Notes under the pieces: generated by a model | Databases searched by the model: none | What the model saw: only the letters and a program-made list of their open reading frames with translations | What the model was told of the DNA's origin: nothing | Assembly (NCBI GenBank): GCA_963746845.1 | Contig: CAVVCZ010000004.1 | Span: 1,248,001 to 1,312,000, forward strand | Source of the DNA: an uncultured Chloroflexia bacterium | GTDB lineage: Bacteria; Chloroflexota; Limnocylindria; Limnocylindrales; CSP1-4 | Direction of reading: 5' to 3' | DNA length: 64,000 nt | Program-made: the position numbers and the translations under genes | Part shown: positions 34,574 through 44,107 of the stretch, one piece after another | Layout of the letters: each line of letters begins with the position of its first letter | Position numbering within the stretch: position 1 is the first letter of the stretch

Positions 34574-36198
34574 CGCGATGCTCCGACCCCCGTGTCCGAC
34601 CGGGGCCGCGGCGCGTCGGCCGGGGCCGCCGCCAGCTCGATCGCCCGGCGTAGGGCCGCCGCCTTGTGCTCGGTCTCCTCGAACTCCTTCTCGGGCACGG
34701 ACGCGGCGACGATCCCGGCGCCCGTGTGGATGTGGGCCTGGCCCTCGCGCAGGACGGCGCTCCGGATCGTGATCGCGGTGTCGAGGTTGCCGTCGTAGCC
34801 GAGATAGCCAACCGCGCCGCCGTACAGCCCGCGCCGCTCACCCTCTGCGGCGGCGATCAGCTGCATCGCGCGGACCTTCGGTGCGCCCGAGAGCGTGCCC
34901 GCGGGGAACACGGATCGAAGCGCATCGAGGGCGTCGAGGTCCGGCCGGAGACGGCCCTCCACGTGCGACACGAGATGGAGGACGTGGCTGTACCGCTCGA
35001 CCTCCAGGTACTTGCTCACCGTGACCGTGCCGGGTCGCGAGACGCGGCCCAGGTCGTTCCGGCCGAGGTCGACGAGCATGATGTGCTCCGCCCGCTCCTT
35101 CGGGTCGCGCTGGAGCTGCTCCGCGAGGAGCTGATCCTCGCGCTCGTCGGCGCCACGTGGCCGTGTGCCGGCGATCGGGTGGGTCGTCAGGCGATCGCCC
35201 TCGACCTGGAGGAGGAGCTCCGGGCTCGCGCCGACCACCTCGAACTGGGGCGTCCGGACGAAGAACAGGTACGGGCTCGGGTTCACCCGGCGGAGCGCGC
35301 GATAGAGCGAGATTCCGTCGAGGGGGGCGCCGGTCGCGGGGTCCGTCGGCAGGTCGAACGACTGGCGGCGGGCGAGCACGACCTGGATCGCCTCCCCGGC
35401 GGCGATCGCGTCCTTGGCGACCTCGACGGCGTGGATGTAGGCCTCCCGGCCGAGGCTCGTGTCGATCCGGTCCTCGCCCAGCGCGACCGCCCCCGTGCCG
35501 CCGCCGCTCTGCAACGGGCGGCCGCCGCCGCCGCCCGCCAGCTCCGCGGCGCTCGGACGGGCGGTCCGCTCCAGCGCCTCGAAGATCGCCTCTTCGGCGA
35601 TCCGGTAGCGGCCCTCGAGGTCCGGCGCGTCGGTATGGAGCGAGGCGATCGCGCTCAGCGTGTGGGTCAGGTGGTCGAAGACGACGACGAGGTCGGTTTC
35701 GATGAACGCCGCCGTCGGTGCGCCGACTGGGTCGCGGTCCGGGAGCGGCACCGTCGGCTCGAACAGGCTGACCGCGTCGTACGCCAGCGCGCCGACCGCA
35801 CCGCCCGTGAACCGCGGCATGCCCTCGGTCGGCTGGACGCGGCGGCGCGGGACGAACGCCCGGATCGCGTCGAGCGGGTCGGGCGCCTCGGCGACATCGA
35901 TCGGGAGGTCCGGGCTGTAGGCCTCGACGGTCACCGGGCGGGTCTGCGTCCGGGCGATCCCGTCGCGGACCTCCAGCAGGCGGCGCGGACCGACGCCCAG
36001 GAACGAGTAGCGCCCCAGCCGCTCGCCGCCCTCGACCGACTCGAGCAGATAGGCCGGCGTCGCGGCGTCGTCCAGGCGGAGGAACGCGCCGATCGGGGTC
36101 TCGAGGTCCGCAGGGCGGGTGGCGCGCAGGAGCAGCGTGTCGGCGTTGCCGGCGAGTCGCTTCGCCTCGGTCAGGCTGAGCGGATCCGTTGTGGCCAT
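34570..36198 (-). CDS. trpE: Anthranilate synthase component I
   Basis: LLESVEGG, NPSPY, PIAGTRPRG, EH.MLVDLGRND, PAGTLSGAPK; CAGGAG SD. Confidence 0.96.
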   Translation of the reverse strand: MATTDPLSLTEAKRLAGNADTLLLRATRPADLETPIGAFLRLDDAATPAYLLESVEGGERLGRYSFLGVGPRRLLEVRDGIARTQTRPVTVEAYSPDLPIDVAEAPDPLDAIRAFVPRRRVQPTEGMPRFTGGAVGALAYDAVSLFEPTVPLPDRDPVGAPTAAFIETDLVVVFDHLTHTLSAIASLHTDAPDLEGRYRIAEEAIFEALERTARPSAAELAGGGGGRPLQSGGGTGAVALGEDRIDTSLGREAYIHAVEVAKDAIAAGEAIQVVLARRQSFDLPTDPATGAPLDGISLYRALRRVNPSPYLFFVRTPQFEVVGASPELLLQVEGDRLTTHPIAGTRPRGADEREDQLLAEQLQRDPKERAEHIMLVDLGRNDLGRVSRPGTVTVSKYLEVERYSHVLHLVSHVEGRLRPDLDALDALRSVFPAGTLSGAPKVRAMQLIAAAEGERRGLYGGAVGYLGYDGNLDTAITIRSAVLREGQAHIHTGAGIVAASVPEKEFEETEHKAAALRRAIELAAAPADAPRPRSDTGVGASR

Positions 36199-36244
36199 CG
36201 ATGCGGTCTCCTGCGGCCCCCGGTTACGACCCGGGCTCGCCCGG

Positions 36245-36552
36245 GAATCAGAAACGACCAGTCGTCCCGGGACGAAAGGTCGTGCCTTCCGCGGTGCCAC
36301 CCTCATTCGGCGATGCCGCACTCGATGACCGACGGGTGGTCGTGGGCTGGTCCCGCGGCCGCCGATCGGCGCTGCCCTGTATCGCTGGCGCTCTGCGCCG
36401 AAGCCTACTGGGGTCGCGCCGCGTGTCCGAGGTGCTCACCGTTCGGTCCGGAGGCTCCCGGGTCCATTCCCTGTCGCCGTCGCTCCGGTTTCCACCAGCC
36501 ACCGGATCTCTCTGCCGACGCTCGACGGGTACTCGTCCCGTTCACAGCCCGT
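36245..36552 (-). promoter_or_regulatory. Trp-specific T-box riboswitch
   Basis: Stem I with AGUA, AGAGA and GGUG motifs; specifier GAA-UGG (UGG at 36466-36464); T-box AAUGAGGGUGGCACCGCG (36307-36290); downstream hairpin plus U-rich tail. Confidence 0.92.
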
Positions 36553-36609
36553 TCTTCGTGATGTGGCCGGGAGGATAGGCGCGTCCGGCCGGAAGCGTCA
36601 AGGCCGGGG

Positions 36610-36837
36610 TCAGGACCGCGGATCGGAGCCCGGCGGCCGGACCTCGAAGCCGGGGCAGGCCAGCACCGGGAGGCGCGGATAGCGCGCATAGGCCGGGTCG
36701 GCGCGCGAGCGCTCGCACAGCACGAACCGTGACCCACGACCCGACACGACCTCGCGGGCATGACGGCAGGTGTCGCACAGCCCGCCGGAGACCCGGCTCG
36801 GCGGTGAGAGCTCAGGCGGCGTCCGGTCCGATGGCAC
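36610..36837 (-). CDS. Small Cys/His-rich putative metal-binding protein
   Basis: GLCDTCRH...LC.RS..DP...RYPRLPV..C pattern. Confidence 0.65.
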   Translation of the reverse strand: MPSDRTPPELSPPSRVSGGLCDTCRHAREVVSGRGSRFVLCERSRADPAYARYPRLPVLACPGFEVRPPGSDPRS

Positions 36838-36891
36838 GCGCGCACCGTACCCCGAGCCGCGCCGTCGGGGGCGCTCAGCGCGACGCGACTC

Positions 36892-37383
36892 CTACCAGCG
36901 CCAGCCCGGCAGGGACTCCAGCTCCGCCGCCTGATCCGGGTCCAGGGTCCCCGACCGGTGCCGGCCGCGGTACGTCGTCTCCCACACGCCGAGGGGGAAC
37001 CCCTCCGTGCTCGCGGCACCCGGCGGGAACGGGAGCGCGGCACCCGCGTCGATCGCCGCGCGGGCGAAGGCAAGGCCGCTGTCGAAGAACGGGTCCACCG
37101 TCCGCCACTGTCCGTCGTCGTCCTGGCCGAGCGTCAGCCGATCGACGAAGCACCACGCCCAATCCTCACCGGGCTCGAGGCTCCGCATGATCGGGTGGCC
37201 CGACGCGTGGAAGTGCTTCGTCGCGTGCCGGTTCGGGCTGGAGTCGCAGCAGTTGGTCCCGCCGCAGATGAGGCACTGGCGGAGGTGCACCCAGCGACTG
37301 CCGATCTCGACGCACGGCTCGCAGACCTTCAGCGGCGCCCCGCGGTGGGGGTCGATCTGGTCGAGATGGAGACAGGCCTGCAC
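36892..37383 (-). CDS. UBP-type zinc-finger protein with C-terminal helicase-associated (HA)-like domain
   Basis: C.HL, C..C....W.HLR.C..CG...CCDSSP.RHA..H; C-terminal LG.W...R.....L.......L..L..W.W; TACCGT 6 nt before the GTG. Confidence 0.82.
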   Translation of the reverse strand: MQACLHLDQIDPHRGAPLKVCEPCVEIGSRWVHLRQCLICGGTNCCDSSPNRHATKHFHASGHPIMRSLEPGEDWAWCFVDRLTLGQDDDGQWRTVDPFFDSGLAFARAAIDAGAALPFPPGAASTEGFPLGVWETTYRGRHRSGTLDPDQAAELESLPGWRW

Positions 37384-37477
37384 GGCCCGACGGTACAGGA
37401 TTCCGCGGCGAAGATGGGCCGGGCCGACCGTGCCGCTCCCGCTCGACGGAACGCGGCGCACACGGCAGACTGGACCC

Positions 37478-38500
37478 ATGAACGAGAACGGCGGCGGGCC
37501 GCGCCATCGACGACGGCCCGAGCCAGCATCGAGCGCCGACGGCGCGAACGGGTCGTCGTCGACCGACCCGATCAGCGCGCTGACCATCGAGGCGACCGCG
37601 GCCAACGCGAAGTGGCGGGCGCTGCTCGCCGAAGGCGGCCCGATCCTCGCGGACGGGGCGATGGGCACGATGCTCTTCGCGTCCGGGCTGCAGTTCGGCG
37701 ACCCACCCGAGGCCTGGAACGTCAGCCATCCCGAGGTCGTCCGGCGGATCCATCGCGGCTACCTGGACGCGGGCTCGCGGATCGTGATGACGAACACGTT
37801 CGGTGGCAACCGGCTGCGTCTCCGCCTGCACGGGCTGGACCCGCGGGTCGCGGAGCTGAACCGGACCGCGGCGATCCTGCTCCGAGCGGAGGTGGACGCC
37901 GCCGGCGGCACGGCGCTCGTGGCGGGCGACATCGGACCGAGCGGCGAGATCATGGCCCCGCTCGGAACCCTCGACGAGGACGAGGCCGTTGACGTGTTCG
38001 CCGAGCAGGCTTCGGCCCTGGTCGCGGGCGGGGTGGACCTGATCTGGATCGAGACGATGAGCCACCTCTCGGAGATCGGCGCCGCGATCCGCGGCGCCAG
38101 GCGCGCCTCCCCGACGATCCCGATCGTCGCGACGATGACGTTCGACACCCGGGGCTTCACGATGATGGGCGTGTCGCCGGAGCAGGCAGCCCGGGCGCTG
38201 CTCGAGGCCGGCGCCGACGCCGTCGGGGGGAACTGCGGCAACGGTCCGGACGAGCTCGAGCCGGTCGTCGAGAAGATGCATGCAGTCGCGCCGGATGCCG
38301 TCCTCGTCGCGAAGTCGAACGCGGGGATGCCGGAGCTGATCGATCTCCGGGCGGTCTACCGGGCGGATCCGGAGACGATGGCGGCCGCCGGGGTCGGGTT
38401 CCGCCGGGCCGGCGCCCGGATCATCGGGGCGTGCTGCGGGTCGACGCCCGCGCACCTCGCGGCGATGGCCGAGGCGCTCCGGGTCCTCGAGACCGTCTGA
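37478..38500 (+). CDS. Homocysteine S-methyltransferase family protein (stand-alone MetH N-terminal-like domain)
   Basis: DGAMGT, TNTFG, IETM, G.NC, NAG.P, GACCG. Confidence 0.9.
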   Translation: MNENGGGPRHRRRPEPASSADGANGSSSTDPISALTIEATAANAKWRALLAEGGPILADGAMGTMLFASGLQFGDPPEAWNVSHPEVVRRIHRGYLDAGSRIVMTNTFGGNRLRLRLHGLDPRVAELNRTAAILLRAEVDAAGGTALVAGDIGPSGEIMAPLGTLDEDEAVDVFAEQASALVAGGVDLIWIETMSHLSEIGAAIRGARRASPTIPIVATMTFDTRGFTMMGVSPEQAARALLEAGADAVGGNCGNGPDELEPVVEKMHAVAPDAVLVAKSNAGMPELIDLRAVYRADPETMAAAGVGFRRAGARIIGACCGSTPAHLAAMAEALRVLETV

Positions 38501-38533
38501 CCGTCTCGCCCGCGGCCCGGCTGCGGCGCCGGG

Positions 38534-39157
38534 TCAGTGCGCGGCGCCCTCGGCCAGCCGCTCCCCGGCCTCGACGCGAACGGACAGCCGGTTCTCGGCC
38601 GGGGTCAGCGGGCACGAGTACTGCGGCGCGTACACGCACGACGGGTGGTACGCGAGGTTGAAGTCGATCGCGTACGTCCCGTCCTCGTCGGGCTCCAGGT
38701 CGAGGTAGCGCCCGGCGCCGTAGGTCTCGCTGCCGCTCGTCGCGTCGAGGAATGGCAGGAAGAGCGAGCCGTCTTGGTGGGCGCCCTCCAGCTCATAGGC
38801 GGTCAGTCGCCGCGGCTCGTCGTCGAGCTCGAACGTGAACGTCCCGGCCCGGCGCGCCGGCCGGAGCTTGCCGTCCGATGTCGGGATCTGGAAGGTCGAC
38901 GGCTCGTTGCCCGCATACGGCGCCAGGTTCAGGCCCTCGAACACGAGCTCGACATTGACCGGGTAATACGGCAGGCCGGTGAAGTCGTCGCGCTCCTCGA
39001 ACGGGATCGGGCTGCCCGGGGCGCTCTTGAAGAAGGCGTCCTTCTCCGCACGGTAGCCCTGGATCGCCCCGACGTAGTCGTGCGGCCCGTCGTGGTGATG
39101 GTGCTCGTGCTCGTGCTCGTCGCCGTGGTCGTGGTCGTGGTCGTGCTCGGTCGTCAT
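38534..39157 (-). CDS. DUF1684-family protein with His-rich N-terminus
   Basis: F.D.TSG.ETYGAGRYL, DFN.AY.P.C.Y...YSCP..P.EN.L...AGE. Confidence 0.88.
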   Translation of the reverse strand: MTTEHDHDHDHGDEHEHEHHHHDGPHDYVGAIQGYRAEKDAFFKSAPGSPIPFEERDDFTGLPYYPVNVELVFEGLNLAPYAGNEPSTFQIPTSDGKLRPARRAGTFTFELDDEPRRLTAYELEGAHQDGSLFLPFLDATSGSETYGAGRYLDLEPDEDGTYAIDFNLAYHPSCVYAPQYSCPLTPAENRLSVRVEAGERLAEGAAH

Positions 39158-39195
39158 CGTCGCCGAAGTCTACGCGGCGGCGCGGCGACGACGCG

Positions 39196-39594
39196 TCAGG
39201 CGTGCTCCTCGTCGGCGTCGGCCTCGGCCTTCGTGCGGTGGATCGTGCCGGGCGCGTGCTGCGGCGGCGCGTACACCGTGTAGAGCTTGAGATCGACCGT
39301 CCCGGCGTTGACGATATTGTGGCGCGTCCCGGCGGGCACATGGACGAGGCGGCCGGCGGACACCTGGCCATGCTCGCCCTCGAGCGTGGCGATCCCTTCG
39401 CCTTCGACGAAGACGAGGACCTGGTCGACGTCGGTGTGGACCTCCTCGCCGATCTCGCCGCCCGGCGGGATGCTCATCACGACGACCTGGGCGTGCGGCC
39501 CGGTCGAGACGACCTCACGGAAGAATCGGTTGCGCTTCGCCCGCGCGACGATGTCGTCGACGTAGGGCTCGAAGGCCTTCTGGATCAGCGTCAT
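39196..39594 (-). CDS. Cupin-domain protein (mannose-6-phosphate isomerase-like)
   Basis: GEEVH..DQ....EG.G, PAGT.HN, LKLYTVYAPPQH. Confidence 0.88.
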   Translation of the reverse strand: MTLIQKAFEPYVDDIVARAKRNRFFREVVSTGPHAQVVVMSIPPGGEIGEEVHTDVDQVLVFVEGEGIATLEGEHGQVSAGRLVHVPAGTRHNIVNAGTVDLKLYTVYAPPQHAPGTIHRTKAEADADEEHA

Positions 39595-39687
39595 GGCGTT
39601 CCCCTTTCGCCACGACGCTGCACCGGCTCGCGGCGTCCGGCAAGGGCCATTCGCCACGAATCCAGGCGGTCCGGACACGCCCGATGC

Positions 39688-39773
39688 TGGCGGAGAGGGT
39701 GGGATTCGAACCCACGAACCTTTCGGTCTCCGGTTTTCAAGACCGGTGCAATCGGCCGCTCTGCCACCTCTCC
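39688..39773 (-). tRNA. tRNA-Ser(TGA)
   Basis: CCGGT-ct TGA aa-ACCGG, long variable arm, GCCA end. Confidence 0.95.
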
Positions 39774-39810
39774 GCGCGTCATCCTACGGCGCGTCCCGGC
39801 GCCGCGCCGC

Positions 39811-40602
39811 TCACCGAAGGTCGTGGACGACCCAGAGGTTGGCGTCGTGCGACACACCGGTGTCCGCTTCGCGGTCGATCGCGAGCGTCGAGGTGGCACG
39901 CGGGATCACGTACTCGCCTGACTCGGGCAGGGACATCCCGCTCCACGACTCCCAGTCGGCGACCGATCCACGCATCGTCATCGACTCGGGCGACGCACGC
40001 ACGATCCGGGCGCCGAGCCGGACGTGGAGCCGGATCCACGGGTCGAACGGCAGGCCGTCGGCCCGCGTCCAGGTGGCATACCGCTCCATCGGCGCCAGGG
40101 GATAGCGGTCCTTCCACGTCGGGCGCAGGCAGGCGATGACCGCCCGGAACCCGGCCGATCGCGCGGCCGCCTTCATCGCCTCGACCATGGTCCCGGACAG
40201 ACCACCGCCGTGGAGATCCGGCCGGACGACGATCTGCATCGCGCCGAGCGTGTCCGGGGGGCGCCCGGCGTCGTGATCGGCGACCGCGCGCAGACCCTGC
40301 TCGACCCAGCCGGCCGGGAGCCCGTCGTCCGTGCCGTCCCAGCGCAACGGCATCGAGTTCGCGATCGCGGCGAACCCGCCGGCCTCGTCGGTCAGGACGA
40401 GCTGGAAGTCGGGCCAATCGCGATCCGCACGGCCGAACAGCTCCGCGGCGGGCTCGTGGGCGCGCATGAAGTCCGGCCAGACGGCGGCCATGGCGGCGTC
40501 GATCGCCGGCTCCGTATCGGGCCGCTCGGCGAACGTCGCGATCGACAGCCCCTCGGGCAGCCCCAGGCCGTGCGCGACGAGCCGCTCCTGGGTCGAGGCC
40601 AC
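39811..40602 (-). CDS. GNAT-fold N-acetyltransferase-like protein
   Basis: V.P...G.GLS motif, RPT.K..YP, DPW.R.H.R.G; AGGAG SD. Confidence 0.75.
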   Translation of the reverse strand: MASTQERLVAHGLGLPEGLSIATFAERPDTEPAIDAAMAAVWPDFMRAHEPAAELFGRADRDWPDFQLVLTDEAGGFAAIANSMPLRWDGTDDGLPAGWVEQGLRAVADHDAGRPPDTLGAMQIVVRPDLHGGGLSGTMVEAMKAAARSAGFRAVIACLRPTWKDRYPLAPMERYATWTRADGLPFDPWIRLHVRLGARIVRASPESMTMRGSVADWESWSGMSLPESGEYVIPRATSTLAIDREADTGVSHDANLWVVHDLR

Positions 40603-40613
40603 GGCTCGGACTC

Positions 40614-41948
40614 CTAGAGCGTGTCGCGCCCGAGGTATGGGCGGAGCACCTCGGGAACGCCGACCGAGCCGTCCGGTCGCTGGTACGTCTCGAGGATGGC
40701 GGCGAACGTGCGGGCCATGCCGAGGGCGGAGCCGTTGAGGGTATGGACGAGCTCGGGACGGGCACCCGGCTCCGGTCGATGCCGGATCGCCATCCGGCGC
40801 GCCTGGTAGTCGCGGAAGTTCGAGCACGAGCTGACCTCGAGCCAGCGTTCGACGCCCGGCGCCCAGACCTCGAGGTCGTACTTCTTTGCCTGGACGAAGC
40901 CCATCTCGCCGGTCGACATGAGGATCACGCGGTAGGCGAGCCCGAGCTTCTGGAGGATCGCCTCGGCCACGCCGGTCATCCATTCGAGGGCGTCGTTGGA
41001 CGCGTCCGGCTTCTCGAACAGGACCATCTCGACCTTGTCGAACTGGTGGACCCGGAGGATGCCGCGGGTGTCCTTGCCGGCGGCGCCGGCCTCGCGCCGG
41101 AAGCACGGCGTGTAGGCGCAGTAGCGGATCGGGAGCTGGTCCGCGTCGAGGATCTCGTCGCGGTGGAGGTTCGTGACCGGGACCTCGGCGGTCGGGACCA
41201 GGTACAGCTCGTCGCGGGTGACGACGTACATCTGGTCTTCCTTGTCCGGAATCTGGCCGGTGCCGGTCGCCGAGGCCGTGTTGACGACGACGGGCGGCCA
41301 GACCTCGGTGAACCCGAACTCGCCGGTCAGCGTGTCCATGAAGAACTGGATCAGGCCGCGCTCGAGCCGCGACCCCGAGCCCTTGTAGACCGGAAAGCCC
41401 GATCCCGCGACCTTCGCGCCGCGGGCGAGGTCGATGATGTCGAGGTCCGCAGCGATGTCCCAGTGCGGTCGACGTCGCCAGGTGGCGCCGCCGGCCGGCG
41501 CATCGGCGCCGGTCTCGCCATCGACCGGCTGATCGACGGGGAGCAGCTCTCCCCACGTGCGGACCGTGACGATCGCGTCCTCGCCGCCGACGGGGACGTC
41601 AGGGTCGGCCGGGTTGGGAATCCGGAGCAGCTGTGTCTCGATCTCGGCCTCGACCGTCGCGAGCTCGGCGTCGATCGCGTCGATCTTCGCGCCGGCTGCG
41701 ACCGATGCCGCCTTGAGCTCGGCGACCTCCGCGCCGTCCGGCTTCGCGCCGCCCTTGATCGTCTCGCCGATCCGCTTGCTGGCGATGTTCCGCTCGGCCT
41801 TGAGCGTGTCGCCCTCGCCGAGCAGCGCCCGCCGGCGCGCGTCCAGCTCGAGGACGCGATCGACGATCGCCGGGTCCTCGCCCTTGTCGATCGCGCCCCG
41901 CCGGACGGTGTCCGCGTCGTCGCGGAGCCGCTGCAGGCCGACGCTCAT
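40614..41948 (-). CDS. serS: Seryl-tRNA synthetase
   Basis: N-terminal coiled arm, PTAEVP, CFRREAG, G..RVHQF.KVE, E.SSCSN, HTLNGS. Confidence 0.97.
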   Translation of the reverse strand: MSVGLQRLRDDADTVRRGAIDKGEDPAIVDRVLELDARRRALLGEGDTLKAERNIASKRIGETIKGGAKPDGAEVAELKAASVAAGAKIDAIDAELATVEAEIETQLLRIPNPADPDVPVGGEDAIVTVRTWGELLPVDQPVDGETGADAPAGGATWRRRPHWDIAADLDIIDLARGAKVAGSGFPVYKGSGSRLERGLIQFFMDTLTGEFGFTEVWPPVVVNTASATGTGQIPDKEDQMYVVTRDELYLVPTAEVPVTNLHRDEILDADQLPIRYCAYTPCFRREAGAAGKDTRGILRVHQFDKVEMVLFEKPDASNDALEWMTGVAEAILQKLGLAYRVILMSTGEMGFVQAKKYDLEVWAPGVERWLEVSSCSNFRDYQARRMAIRHRPEPGARPELVHTLNGSALGMARTFAAILETYQRPDGSVGVPEVLRPYLGRDTL

Positions 41949-43543
41949 GCCGGGATCTGCCCGGACGCGATGCGGAGACGGTCGAGAACGAACTCCGGGT
42001 CCAGCGACGCCAGCAGCCAGCCGGCCCGGGGCCCGTTCGCCCGGCCGAGGAACGCCGCGTAGAGCGCCGCGAACGCCTGACCGTGGGGCAGCCCGCGGTC
42101 CGTGGCGACGGTGAAGATCCGGTCCTGCCAGCCCTCGCCGGAGGCGGGCGGTCCCTCGGCGACCGCGTCGGCCAATGCCCCCAGATACCGCCGCTGGTCG
42201 TCGTGCAGGGCGAGGAGCGCCTCGACCGGCGGGTCGTCCCGGACGGCGACGATCGCGCGCTCCGGGGCGTATGTCTCGAGCCATGCCCGGGCGGCCCGGA
42301 GGCGCTCGTCGAGGATCGCCTCCTCGTGCGGGGTGAGGCCGCTCCCCTTCTCCGCGTCGATCCTTGCCCGGATGTCGACGTTCGGGACCTGGGCCAGGAG
42401 CGCGAGATGGCCGAAGGCCGGCCGAAACGCGTCGGCCTCCGTCGCGACATGCGCGTGCGGGTCGAGGAGCGAGTATGCGAACGTCGCGGCGTAGCCCGGC
42501 GGCAGCTCGCCGCGGACCGGCCGGCCGGCCGTCGCGGCCGCGAACTTGTCGAACTCGTCGAAGAGGCGCGGGACCGCGTCCGTCCCGTTCGGCTCGAAGT
42601 CGACCGCGTGGTTCGGCTTCGGGCGGAGGAAGAAGAAGCGGAGCTGCTCGGGCGGGATGACCTCGACGATCTCGTGGGCCGCGGCGCCACGCCCCTTGGA
42701 GGTCGACATCTTCCTGCCGCCGATGTTGATGAACTCGTAGGGCACGTTCATCGGCGGCTCGCGCTCGAACACCTCGCGCGCGATCGCGTCGCTCCGATCC
42801 CGGGAGCCGCCCGCGGTCGAGAGGTCCTTGCCGCACGGCTCGATCGTCACGCCGAACAGCGACCACTGGGCCGCCCATTCGAGGTTCCACGGCAGCTTCG
42901 CGCGGCCGCCGAACGGTGCGACCCAGCCGCTGTGCCCGCAGCCCGTCGCCCAGTCGACGAGGTTCGCGCGGCACTCGTAGAACACCCGCTCGCCGTCCCA
43001 CTTCGTGACGATCGTCGTCCCGATCCGGCCGCAGCTCTCGCAGATCACGTTGATCGGGTGCCAGGAGTCCGGGTGCTGGACGTTCGCGACCCGGCGGTAG
43101 ATCTCGCGGACGGTGGCGGCCCGGTCCAGCGCGGTCCGGATGAAGCCGTCCATCTGGCCGGTCGGGTAGATGTCGCTCATCCAGTAGTAGCGATCCGGGA
43201 CGATCCCGAGCCCGCGGAACGTCTCGATGAAGATCCCCGCGAAGTGGCGGGCGTAGCTCGAGTGGCAGTCGCTGACGGGATCCGGCACGTGGGCGAGCGG
43301 ACGGCCCATCTCGCGCTCGACGGCATCCGGCGTCAGGAGCGCCTGGGCATCCATCGGGTCGAGGTCGTCGACGCCGTAGAGGAGCGTCGTCTCCTGGCCG
43401 GCATGGCGGAGGGCGCGGGTGATGACGTCGAGGATGACGGGCCCGCGCAGGCTGCCGACGTGGACCGTCCCCGACGGGGTCTTGCTGTCGTTGACGACCT
43501 GCGGTCCGCTGACGCCGGCCGCGAGCTCGTCCGCCCAGTCCAC
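41945..43543 (-). CDS. lysS: Class I lysyl-tRNA synthetase
   Basis: DWADE, PSG.VHVG, K..W..EW..QW, EP.GKD, KMSTSKG, GPR.G. Confidence 0.93.
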   Translation of the reverse strand: MDWADELAAGVSGPQVVNDSKTPSGTVHVGSLRGPVILDVITRALRHAGQETTLLYGVDDLDPMDAQALLTPDAVEREMGRPLAHVPDPVSDCHSSYARHFAGIFIETFRGLGIVPDRYYWMSDIYPTGQMDGFIRTALDRAATVREIYRRVANVQHPDSWHPINVICESCGRIGTTIVTKWDGERVFYECRANLVDWATGCGHSGWVAPFGGRAKLPWNLEWAAQWSLFGVTIEPCGKDLSTAGGSRDRSDAIAREVFEREPPMNVPYEFINIGGRKMSTSKGRGAAAHEIVEVIPPEQLRFFFLRPKPNHAVDFEPNGTDAVPRLFDEFDKFAAATAGRPVRGELPPGYAATFAYSLLDPHAHVATEADAFRPAFGHLALLAQVPNVDIRARIDAEKGSGLTPHEEAILDERLRAARAWLETYAPERAIVAVRDDPPVEALLALHDDQRRYLGALADAVAEGPPASGEGWQDRIFTVATDRGLPHGQAFAALYAAFLGRANGPRAGWLLASLDPEFVLDRLRIASGQIPA

Positions 43544-43581
43544 GGCGTTGGCCTCCGGGTTGGGCGCGGCGCCTCGCCGCG

Positions 43582-44046
43582 CTAGGAGATGCTCACGACC
43601 TTGTAGGTGAAGTCGCCCGCGGGGACCTTCACGACGACCTTCTCGCCCTTCTTCTTGCCGAGGAGGGCGCGCCCGACCGGGCTTTCGTTGCTGATCCGAC
43701 CCTCCTTCGGCTTCGCCTCGGTCGAGCCGACGATCGTGAACGACTCCTCGCCGTCGTCGCTCGTGACCTTGACGGTCGAGCCGATCTGGACGTGCTCGGT
43801 CGAGTGGTTCTCGTCGATGATCGTCGCGTTCTTGATCAGCGCCTGGAGAGTCTGGATCCGGCCCTCGACGAACGCCTGCTCGTTCTTGGCGTCCTCGTAC
43901 TCGGCATTCTCCGAGAGGTCGCCGTGCTCCTTGGCATCGTGGATCCGCTGGGCGACCTCGGGTCGCTTCACGGACGTCATCTCGTCGAGCTCCGCGCGGA
44001 GCTTGTCGAGGCCGTCCTTCGAGAGATACGTGGGCTTGGTATTCAT
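43582..44046 (-). CDS. greA: Transcription elongation factor GreA
   Basis: HGDLSENAEYEDAK, IS.ESPVG.AL. Confidence 0.97.
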   Translation of the reverse strand: MNTKPTYLSKDGLDKLRAELDEMTSVKRPEVAQRIHDAKEHGDLSENAEYEDAKNEQAFVEGRIQTLQALIKNATIIDENHSTEHVQIGSTVKVTSDDGEESFTIVGSTEAKPKEGRISNESPVGRALLGKKKGEKVVVKVPAGDFTYKVVSIS

Positions 44047-44107
44047 CGGAATCGGCGCCTCTGCGGCGGGTGACGGGGTGCGCGACGCGCAGCCGTCAGC
44101 GGCTTCG

